From: Thermodesulfovibrionales bacterium
Lineage (GTDB): Bacteria > Nitrospirota > Thermodesulfovibrionia > Thermodesulfovibrionales > SM23-35
Assembly (NCBI GenBank): GCA_020053565.1
Contig: JAGVMY010000162.1
Location: 1 to 34,424 of the forward strand
Direction of reading: 5' to 3'
Length of the DNA: 34,424 nucleotides
This document shows positions 9,284 to 16,698 of the stretch, in pieces; the stretch's first letter is position 1, and each line of letters opens with the position of its first letter. The position numbers were made by a program, and so were the translations under genes. A model generated the notes under the pieces. The model saw only the letters and a program-made list of their open reading frames with translations, ran no database searches and was not told the DNA's origin.

Positions 9284-9295
9284 TTAAAAAGCTTT

Positions 9296-11304
9296 TTATA
9301 AAAAAAGTGTACTACCAAGTTTCAATTCAGCGGTCTTTATCCATTCATCGCAAAGATCTTCAATAGTAGCAATATCACTTCTATGTGATGCCGGGATTTC
9401 ATCAATAATTTTATTATAAAATGTTGGATCTTTCAGTCTCTCTGCAACTGGACTTTTTTTCTTTTTGGCTAAGTAAACCGTTATAGTTTGCTTAATATTG
9501 GCATCTTTTAATTCCTCAGCCTTTGAGAAACTATAAAATTCATTATCGTTTAAAATTAAATTTAATAGTTCAGAAGAACTTATTTTTCTCCCTTCAAGAG
9601 CTCTTATTCGCTCTCGTGAACTTTTCGAACAATATTTATATCTGACATAACTTTTAATATCATCAATATCTACAAATAATTTATATTTATTTCCAAGTTG
9701 CTGAAAGAGTTCATCTGCCATATCGCTTAATCTTACATAATCATCTATATACTTTGGAGATATGAATAAGATTAAGTTCCAAAGATTCTTGAAATGTTCA
9801 TTTATTCTATTAATATCATCGCATAAATCAGGATGTTCACCAAGGGAGACAAGTCGTCCTTCATGAGTAACTGCTCTTGTTGCAACACCTTTTGCTTTTT
9901 CTTTTAATGGAGGTACATAGAGAATAACTTCATGATTTTTACATCCCCCAACTTTTGCGATAGCCTCCTCTATATTTTTCCTTCCAGGGTGATCTCTACG
10001 TAATGTACCAATAACATTGTTTAATGAGTCTTTTGATGGATCTTCTTGTTCCCAATCGGCATAAGGAATACTAACCAGAGCTTTGTAAAGTTTTTTTTCC
10101 CCAATGCTTCCACCAATTCCATACTCTCTTGTTTTTGATGATTTGTAGCAGCCTTATCCCTTAACCAGCTTAACAATCTTGCATTACCCATCTGATAGTC
10201 TAAAACAGAGTCAGGCTCTTCTTGAGAAATATCCTTGGGACGATTATCTAAAAGCTGCATAGCACGAACTAACATAGCGCTCGCAGAAGATTTCGTTTTA
10301 TGATAATAAACTTTTAAAGCTATATCATGCCTCATTTTAACAAGGTTTATAACATCACTTACTATATCTATTCGCTTGACACCCTTGTTATCACGAATTT
10401 TTAAGGCTACCCTTATAAAACCGTTCTCCGGTTTTACGATAAATGATTTTAATATCCTAGGATCATAAGAAATATCTAACCCTGTATAATAGGCATCGCG
10501 TTTTAAGTAGTCCAACAAATCCGCGCAAATTGTGTTCGAAATAAGGTCTGTCATAAAAGGATGGAATAATATCCCTTTGTATTGATTCCAAAAAGCTTCT
10601 AGATACTCAATATGAGTAATAATTTTTTCATGATTAGGTTCTAAAAGCTCACTTGCTTTTCTTCTGGCTTTATCTAATTCGGCTTCAAACCCTTTTTCTC
10701 CTTCACGATATAAAACTATTAAATGTATTAAATCAATTAATTTTTTTCTATCAGATAGGAAATTTTCGGGGAAATAAGGGGGGAATAAACTATCCTTAAT
10801 ATTAATAAGTACGTCTCTTATGTTGCTTCTTTGACCTTCATAACCCCACAAATATATATGTCTAGGACTATTTAGAGCATCGTGTTTAGTGTATAGTCCG
10901 TCATATTCATCTTCCAAGGTATGCCCGATTGGTATATGAGTTATATCATGTAGCAAAGCTGCCCAGGCAACCAAGAAAGAAGCATTTTCCCATTTCTGTA
11001 TAGCAGATAGATCTTTGTCTATTCTGTCTTTGTTCTTTTAAAAGTCATCAGATAGAAGTTTTCCTGGATGATCGAGGACTAGGCGCCTATGATTCTTTGC
11101 TATTATTTCGAAAAAACTTCTGACTATCCAATAAGTGCCTAATGAATGAGCAAATCTTATGTGGTTTGCTCCTCTATAAACTAATTCAGCAAATCCTAGT
11201 TGCTTTATTTTTGATAGTCGTTGAAATTCTGGAGTGTCTATTAATGCACCTGCGATGCAATCAACTTCTATATCTTTATGAATTGGATCGCGGTATAGAA
11301 ACAT
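9296..11304 (-). pseudogene. SAMHD1/dGTPase-like HD-domain phosphohydrolase, about 670 codons when reassembled, interrupted by an in-frame TAA and a 1-nt frame change
   Basis: ORF 11304-11038 carries DPIH..PEFQRL..IKQLG..RFAHSLG. ORF 10974-10021 carries AALLHDITHIPIGH and DLLDYLKRDAYYTG. These two are in the same frame, separated only by TAA at 11038-11040. The frame of ORF 9721-9296 is open upstream to 10153 and takes over at the A8 run (10091-10098). Confidence 0.75.
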
Positions 11305-11354
11305 ATTTTCCCCTTCTTATATCGATTTAATACACAAATCAATTGAGTATCTAA

Positions 11355-11383
11355 ATTATACACGGTTTGGCTTTATTCATCAA
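11355..11383 (-). promoter_or_regulatory. Near-consensus sigma70 promoter of the HD gene
   Basis: On the minus strand: TTGATG (11383-11378), 17-nt spacer, TATAAT (11360-11355). A GAAGGGGA SD lies just upstream of the ATG at 11304. Confidence 0.5.
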
Positions 11384-11446
11384 ACGTAATAGGTATCCTC
11401 AATTGCCAACAATATGTTTTTTTTTGATGGGGGAGGGGTGAAATTT

Positions 11447-11589
11447 GGGGTCAGGCTTGCAAACGTGCATATATATTCCCCTCTCTTTTAACCTCATACT
11501 ATACTGCTACCCCTCTGACAGAGATTGCATCCGTCTATTCCAAAACAAAAAAGAGAGTGGTAGCGGGGGTCAGGCTTGCATACGTGCAT
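11447..11589. repeat. Two copies of a 24-nt direct repeat within a hairpin-rich spacer
   Basis: GGGGTCAGGCTTGCAAACGTGCAT (11447-11470) and GGGGTCAGGCTTGCATACGTGCAT (11566-11589) match at 23 of 24 positions. G-rich and C-rich inverted segments flank them. Confidence 0.7.
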
Positions 11590-11651
11590 TTATTTTTACA
11601 CCCACCCCCTCATACACCCTTAAAATAAAGAGGTTATCTACCCTATCTACC

Positions 11652-12026
11652 TCACTTAATCTTCTCAATAAACCCTTTTGCAACTTTAAAGGCATCCTTA
11701 ACCATATCTACATTATCTAAAAGACCCCTGTAATAACCTGCTATATGAAGGGCCTTGTAGATAGTCTCAAATTCCCTCGCAAGTTTTCCATTACGAATTG
11801 AGAGGTACTTCCTTATCATCTCTCTATAGCCATCAACTGACTGGGGGAGTTCTTTTTCGCTGACTCCTCTTTGTATCAGATATTCATCAATAGCCTTAAG
11901 GACAGCGAGATAAGCAGTGCTACATGCCTCCTGGATAGGCTTTACGTCAGTATATATATCGTCCTCTATGGGCACTGACCTGAGCATCTCCTTTGCATTA
12001 TTTAAATATCTCAATGCCTCTCTCAT
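11652..12026 (-). CDS. DUF5618-family (HEPN-like helical) protein
   Basis: The pattern A..YL.NAKEML .. Y.D.K....A...AYL..L.A .. Y..LH..GYY.G matches my recollection of DUF5618. AAGGGG SD upstream. Confidence 0.75.
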   Translation of the reverse strand: MREALRYLNNAKEMLRSVPIEDDIYTDVKPIQEACSTAYLAVLKAIDEYLIQRGVSEKELPQSVDGYREMIRKYLSIRNGKLAREFETIYKALHIAGYYRGLLDNVDMVKDAFKVAKGFIEKIK

Positions 12027-12098
12027 CTTGACCCCTTTATAATAAGTTAATCACATTCAAACCCCTGTCGTCAATGCAAATTTTGCCAGTTAAATTTT

Positions 12099-12185
12099 AT
12101 GCAAAACTTCCGTTTTTCTTCTCAAGACCTTCAACTTATCAAAAAAGCCCTCAGGATTTTGAACAGAACCTTCTCAAAGGTATAA
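12099..12185 (+). pseudogene. 28-codon remnant of an XRE-type regulator C-terminus (repeat copy A)
   Basis: MQNFRFSSQDLQLIKKALRILNRTFSKV* is almost identical to the C-terminus of the 12890-13090 ORF. Confidence 0.45.
12114..12184 (+). repeat. 71-nt direct repeat, copy A
   Basis: By hand alignment, 65 of 71 positions are identical to 13019-13089. Confidence 0.85.
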
Positions 12186-12203
12186 TTGAAATTTTTCTAA
12201 AAA

Positions 12204-12557
12204 TTACTGTCTAATTCTATACCCACTCTTGGAAAGGACAACAAGTTTTCCGCTAAAAGAAGGAAACCCATATTTTTTGAAAAGGTTATCTATTGCCGAG
12301 AGTATATCATCCATCAACGGCGGGTGTATTCTGATATGGATTATACCTGCGGTATTAGAAGGAGGGTATTTCAACACGTTACCAAAGTGTTTATCAAAAG
12401 TAATAATAGTCCTGCCCTCATCTTTTGCTATTTGAACGATTTTATCATCGGGAATCCTGAATAACCCTTCTTCTTGGAGAGATTTCACATCATGCCCTAA
12501 ACTGCGCAAATAAGTGGCTATTTTTGGAAATATATTTTCATCAACAAGAAATCTCAA
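12204..12557 (-). CDS. DUF5615-family PIN-like putative toxin (Mut7-C-like RNase fold)
   Basis: (M/L)RFLVDENIFPKIATYLRSLGHDV..DDKIVQIAKDEGRTIITFDKHF is typical of DUF5615 partners of DUF433. TTG start, 11 nt after the DUF433 stop. Confidence 0.75.
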   Translation of the reverse strand: MRFLVDENIFPKIATYLRSLGHDVKSLQEEGLFRIPDDKIVQIAKDEGRTIITFDKHFGNVLKYPPSNTAGIIHIRIHPPLMDDILSAIDNLFKKYGFPSFSGKLVVLSKSGYRIRQ

Positions 12558-12568
12558 TATATTTTACT

Positions 12569-13090
<522 letters not shown>

Positions 13091-13150
13091 CTTTTCCCTT
13101 TAGAAATAATTAAGGTATAATTATCAATGAATCGTAAATTAGTTGCGACA

Positions 13151-13208
13151 CCACAGGGCGTTTACCCTGTGGGTCACTGTAATAAGGACATGCGGCAGAG
13201 ACCGCATG
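13151..13208 (+). other. Two perfect G/C-rich hairpins in an AT-rich spacer
   Basis: CCACAGGG-cgttta-CCCTGTGG (13151-13172) and CATGCGG-cagaga-CCGCATG (13189-13208). No T-tract follows either one. Confidence 0.6.
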
Positions 13209-13272
13209 GTGTATTACTTATTAAATCGGTTGATTGAATGAAGGATGTTTTTCAATTAATAGGAGGTCATTT

Positions 13273-13605
13273 ATGGGAAAACTTACAATAGACATATCGG
13301 ATGAGCTTATAAAACTTTTCCCTTCAAAGAAGGAGGCAAGGTCTGAGGCAAAGCAGGCTATAGTTTTTGACCTTGTAAGACGTGGGAAAATATCTAAAGG
13401 AAAGGCTGCCGAGTTGCTCGGTATAAGCCTCTGGGATTTGCCAGAACTCCTCGCACAATATGATATACCATGGTTTGATTATTCACCCGATGATTTAAAA
13501 CATGACCTCGATACGTTGAAAGAATTAGAAAATAAAGGCAAGAAATCTTGCAGAAAAAGAAGGTCTGAAAGTAGCTGGGCTCCTTGCCCTGTTAATAATG
13601 GCTAA
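13273..13605 (+). CDS. UPF0175-family antitoxin with an aberrant C-terminal extension
   Basis: AGGAGG SD (13261-13266) and ATG at 13273. MGKLTIDISDELIKLF..AIVFDLVRRGKISKGKAAELLGISLWDLPELLAQYDIPWFDYSPDDLKHDLDTL. The tail (..KSCRKRRSESSWAPCPVNNG) reads through DUF3368-derived DNA in the wrong frame. Confidence 0.7.
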   Translation: MGKLTIDISDELIKLFPSKKEARSEAKQAIVFDLVRRGKISKGKAAELLGISLWDLPELLAQYDIPWFDYSPDDLKHDLDTLKELENKGKKSCRKRRSESSWAPCPVNNG

Positions 13606-13720
13606 AGAGAAAGGAATTATAAAAAGAGTAAAACCGATAGTTGATGACCTGAAAAGACACAGTTTCTTTGTTGGAAAAGACATATATGCTGAAATTTTGA
13701 AACTTTCTGGTGAGACATAG
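13529..13720 (+). pseudogene. C-terminal remnant of a DUF3368 (PIN-like) toxin
   Basis: The alternative frame gives ..ARNLAEKEGLKVAGLLALLIMAKEKGIIKRVKPIVDDLKRHSFFVGKDIYAEILKLSGET*. This resembles only the last ~60 residues of DUF3368 proteins, and there is no start. Confidence 0.6.
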
Positions 13721-13832
13721 TAAATAATGTATCTGCCTGAACATATCGTAGAGCATTATCTTGCTTTATTAAAGTTAGAGAAGGAGTTACGGAAAAAGGG
13801 AAAAGGCAGTGTCAGGTAAGACGCCTAACCTG

Positions 13833-14075
13833 CTACCCAATCTTATTTATAAATTCCTTTGCAGCTTTTAGATAGTGTCTGTCCATAGACTCAGGTTTTT
13901 GTCATTCCTGCAGAAGCAGGAATCCAGAACCTATTGAAATAACTGGATTCCCGTTTTCATGGGAATGACGTAAAGACAATTTATAAACAGACTCTAAATA
14001 GTCTTTAACTGCACGAGTATCGTAGATAAGCCCTCTGTAATATCCTGCTACATGCAAGGCGTTATATATAGATTT
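13833..14075 (-). pseudogene. DUF5618-like paralogue remnant, split by a MITE and abutting the bioD 3' end
   Basis: ..IYNALHVAGYYRGLIYDTRAVKDYLESVYKL[MITE with TGA]..MDRHYLKAAKEFINKIG* parallels IYKALHIAGYYRGLLDNVDMVKDAFKVAKGFIEKIK* of the 11652-12026 gene. The N-terminal two thirds are missing. Confidence 0.55.
13901..13969. mobile_element. 69-bp palindromic MITE/REP-like unit (GTCATTCC..GGAATGAC type)
   Basis: Terminal inverted repeat GTCATTCC/GGAATGAC. Internal hairpins are ATTCCTGC-agaa-GCAGGAAT, GGAATCCAG..CTGGATTCC and ATTCCC-gttttcat-GGGAAT. This is the widespread repeat that translates as ..RHSHENGNP../..IPAEAGIQ.. Confidence 0.8.
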
Positions 14076-14841
14076 AGAGATATTTCTTGATTATCTCGAT
14101 ATCCAGAGTCTTTTCTGCGGCTCTTTTGATGGTATTACTTTCTAAATCCTCGAGATAAGGGAAAATCCCTATAATTGGCACAGGGCTGATCTGTCTTATT
14201 ATCTCTGGATTAGTATCTTCAGCAAGTGTGCCCTCAGGTGGGTGGCTATAATTAATTATTATTCCTGCAACATTAAGACCTTCTTTTGTCGCACAATTAA
14301 CAGTCAACATTGTATGGTTGATTGTGCCGAGTCCTGGCCTTGAGACGATTATGAGTGGCAGTCCAAAGTCTTTTGCAAGATCAAGGACAGAATAATCTCT
14401 TGTGATCGGGACAAGCAGCCCACCAATCCCTTCAACGATTATAACATCATATTTTTTTGAAAGTTCTGTGTATGCCTTTTGTATCTTTTGAAAATCAACG
14501 GAAATCCCTTCTATCTCAGAAGCAGGTAGAGGAGCAAGAGGATTTTTAAAGCGAATTGGAGTAATGAAATCGATGGGATCACTCATCCCTGCAATTTCCC
14601 TCAAAAACATTCCATCAGATGGCACTAACTCTTCGTCTTTAACTTTGAACTCCGAACTTTGAAACCCTCGGCCTGAGCTCGGGTCGAAGGCTTTGAACTC
14701 TGATTTTAGGCAACCTGTCTCTAACGGTTTCATTCCACATACTTTCAGACCAAGCAGACCAATAGCTTTAATCAATGCTGCAGTTATGACTGTTTTCCCT
14801 ACACCTGTATCAGTACCTGTTATGAAAAAACCTTTTGGCAT
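14074..14841 (-). CDS. bioD: Dethiobiotin synthetase (carries an in-frame repeat-derived insertion)
   Basis: P-loop ITGTDTGVGKT, KPLETG, VIIVEGIGGLLVP. At 255 aa it is longer than typical BioD. Confidence 0.9.
   Translation of the reverse strand: MPKGFFITGTDTGVGKTVITAALIKAIGLLGLKVCGMKPLETGCLKSEFKAFDPSSGRGFQSSEFKVKDEELVPSDGMFLREIAGMSDPIDFITPIRFKNPLAPLPASEIEGISVDFQKIQKAYTELSKKYDVIIVEGIGGLLVPITRDYSVLDLAKDFGLPLIIVSRPGLGTINHTMLTVNCATKEGLNVAGIIINYSHPPEGTLAEDTNPEIIRQISPVPIIGIFPYLEDLESNTIKRAAEKTLDIEIIKKYL
14643..14700. repeat. 10-bp direct repeats flanking a G/C-rich near-palindrome inside bioD
   Basis: CTTTGAACTC occurs at 14643-14652 and 14691-14700. CCCTCGGCCTGAGCTCGGGTCGAAGG lies between them. 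The coding strand shows heptamer periodicity (CAAAGTT CGGAGTT CAAAGTT). Confidence 0.75.
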
Positions 14842-14845
14842 ATAC

Positions 14846-14960
14846 CCCTCACCCTAACCCTCTCCCACAAGGGGAGAGGGGAATTATTTATTATTACCCT
14901 CCCTTTAATGTAATTCCCATAACTTCCCCCTCCCTTGATGGGAGGGGCTGGGGAGGGTGA
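14846..14960. repeat. REP-like cluster of G/C-rich hairpins in the bioF-bioD spacer
   Basis: CCCTCTCCC-acaag-GGGAGAGGG (14858-14880) and CCCCTCCC-ttgat-GGGAGGGG (14927-14947). The outer pairs are ACCCTCCC/GGGAGGGT (14896-14903 / 14952-14959) and TCACCCT/AGGGTGA (14849-14855 / 14954-14960). Confidence 0.8.
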
Positions 14961-14975
14961 TTTATGTGACTTTAC

Positions 14976-16154
14976 TTAATTCACTTTTCTAAGTACTTCA
15001 ATTAATCTTTCTATATCCTCATCAGAATGAGCTGCAGTTACGGTTATCCTTATTCTTGGTTCCTTCACCGTAGGTGGCCGTATAGCAGGAGCAAAAATAC
15101 CTTTTTCATAGAGGTGTCGTGACACATGCAGAGTATTTTCTATAGTCCCTGTTCTTATAGGAATGATTGGAGTGTCACTTCCCATGATGTCATATCCGAT
15201 ATCTTTAATATTGTTGACCACCTTATTCCTGTTTGCCCAGAGTTTCTTTATTAAGTCAGAATCTTTTTCAATTATTTCCAATGCAGCTATAGATGCTGCG
15301 ATAACGCATGAGGGAAGGGCTGTCGAGAATATAAAGCTTCTCGCTGTATTCAAGATCCATTCAACAACATCAGAACTCCCTGCAACAAATGCTCCAAAAG
15401 AGCCGAGGGCTTTAGAAAATGTTCCCATCTGAACAATCCACGGCTCAGGATGAATATTAAAATGTGAAAGTGCGCCTTTGCCATTCCCAAGTACGCCGGT
15501 GCCATGTGCGTCATCTATATAGAGTAGTGCATTATTTTTCTTACATATTTCGTAAATATCATTCAAAGGAGAAATATCTCCATCCATGCTGAAGATTGTA
15601 TCTGTTATCACCATTTTTCTCTGTGCAGTATGTTTTCTTATGAGTTCTTCGAGATGAGACAAGTCCTTATGTCTGTATATGAGTATCTCTGCTTTACTCA
15701 TCCTGCATCCGTCAATAATGCTCGCATGGTTGAGTTCATCACTGAATAGTGCAGTCTGCTCATCTGTGATTATGGGTATAATTCCTGTATTTGCAGCATA
15801 ACCTGAATTGAAAATAAGGGCAGCCTCTGTATTTTTAAATTGTGCAATTTTGTCTTCAAGCTCTTTGTGGAGGATGCTTCCTCCGCTGAGAAGTCTGGAA
15901 GCAGCAGAGCCATACCCATAATCATCGAGAGATCTTTTTACCTTATCAATTATAGAAGGATGGATTGCAAGACCGAGGTAATCATTAGATGAGAAGTTCA
16001 GATACTCCTTACCGGCAAATTTTATTCTCGGACCCTGTGGAGATTCTCGATCTTTTATTTCCCTGAATAGCCTGTTTTCTTTTAAGATCTTGAGTTTTTC
16101 TGAGAACACAAGCGTATTGTAACACAAGAAGCTGCACCCATCACCATCTATCAA
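14976..16154 (-). CDS. bioF: 8-amino-7-oxononanoate synthase
   Basis: SNDYLGL, DDAHGTGVLG, PLP-lysine context GTFSKALG. The track start is a TTG; a GTG giving VFSEKLKILKENRLFR.. is an alternative, so the 5' end is uncertain by about 15 codons. Confidence 0.9.
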   Translation of the reverse strand: MIDGDGCSFLCYNTLVFSEKLKILKENRLFREIKDRESPQGPRIKFAGKEYLNFSSNDYLGLAIHPSIIDKVKRSLDDYGYGSAASRLLSGGSILHKELEDKIAQFKNTEAALIFNSGYAANTGIIPIITDEQTALFSDELNHASIIDGCRMSKAEILIYRHKDLSHLEELIRKHTAQRKMVITDTIFSMDGDISPLNDIYEICKKNNALLYIDDAHGTGVLGNGKGALSHFNIHPEPWIVQMGTFSKALGSFGAFVAGSSDVVEWILNTARSFIFSTALPSCVIAASIAALEIIEKDSDLIKKLWANRNKVVNNIKDIGYDIMGSDTPIIPIRTGTIENTLHVSRHLYEKGIFAPAIRPPTVKEPRIRITVTAAHSDEDIERLIEVLRKVN

Positions 16155-16209
16155 TAAGTGCCTAAAATTAAAATTTATTAAAAAAAACTTTTTTTATTAA
16201 TAAAATCTC

Positions 16210-16239
16210 TTGACAAATTTTTTTATGCTGTGATATGCT
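16210..16239 (+). promoter_or_regulatory. Putative promoter of the atp operon
   Basis: TTGACA (16210-16215), 18-nt spacer, TATGCT (16234-16239), about 40 nt upstream of the atpF' start. Confidence 0.4.
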
Positions 16240-16278
16240 TCCAATGCTTTTTTAAACTGCCCCAGGAGAAGGTGTAAT

Positions 16279-16698
16279 ATGTTAGACATTAACTGGACGT
16301 TTTTTGTTCTTGTTGTAAACTTCTTAATACTGATAGTTATCTTAAACAAAATTCTCTTCAAGCCTCTTTTAAACCTCTTCAAAGAACGAGAAGATACCGT
16401 GAAGGGCTCTCTTGATACAGCAAAAGAGATGGCAAATAGAAGAGAAGAGAGTATTGCCAATTTAAACAGAGCATTCTCTGAAGCGAGAAGCAAGGCAAAA
16501 GAAATATTTGACACATTCAGGGCAGAGGGTTTTCAAAAACAGAGAGATGTGGTTACAAAAGCTGATGCCGAGGCATCTGAATTACTCGAAAAAGCCAAGG
16601 CAGATCTCAGGGCTGAGACAGAAAGGGCGAGGAATGCCTTGAGGGCTGAGGTTGATAAGTTCTCTGACGAAATTGTAAGAAAGTTGGTAAAGGTATGA
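16279..16698 (+). CDS. F-type ATP synthase subunit b'
   Basis: A single N-terminal TM helix (FFVLVVNFLILIVILNKILFKP) followed by a long charged coiled coil. It is the first of two b-type genes. Confidence 0.85.
   Translation: MLDINWTFFVLVVNFLILIVILNKILFKPLLNLFKEREDTVKGSLDTAKEMANRREESIANLNRAFSEARSKAKEIFDTFRAEGFQKQRDVVTKADAEASELLEKAKADLRAETERARNALRAEVDKFSDEIVRKLVKV

Noticed and set aside
9138-9287. 49-aa plus-strand ORF with a GGAGGG SD after dapA
   Set aside because: The SD is good, but the peptide (MLIKDKLTETLHTACRLSGKNTPYLL..) has no recognisable features, and it fully overlaps an equally doubtful minus-strand ORF. I left it uncalled.
11038-11040. Stop-codon reassignment or programmed readthrough of the in-frame TAA
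   Set aside because: TAA terminates several well-defined genes in this window (hfq, miaA, dapF, dapA), and the TAA-A context is a normal efficient stop. A nonsense mutation is the simpler reading.
11447-11589. Possible mini-CRISPR (two 24-nt direct repeats)
   Set aside because: There are only two copies, the spacing of about 95 nt is far larger than a spacer, there is no third repeat and no cas genes, and the repeats are embedded in other inverted repeats.
11445-11720. 91-aa plus-strand ORF
   Set aside because: It is simply the translation of the 24-nt repeats and flanking hairpins (..GSGLQTCIY.. / ..GSGGQACIR..), and it runs antisense into the DUF5618 gene.
13130-13215. Integron attC site / cassette array
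   Set aside because: The hairpins lack RYYYAAC/GTTRRRY core sites. The cassettes are in mixed orientation and no intI is present.
16197-16514. 105-aa minus-strand ORF
   Set aside because: It overlaps the atp promoter and the b' subunit gene in antisense, and its sequence is low-complexity.
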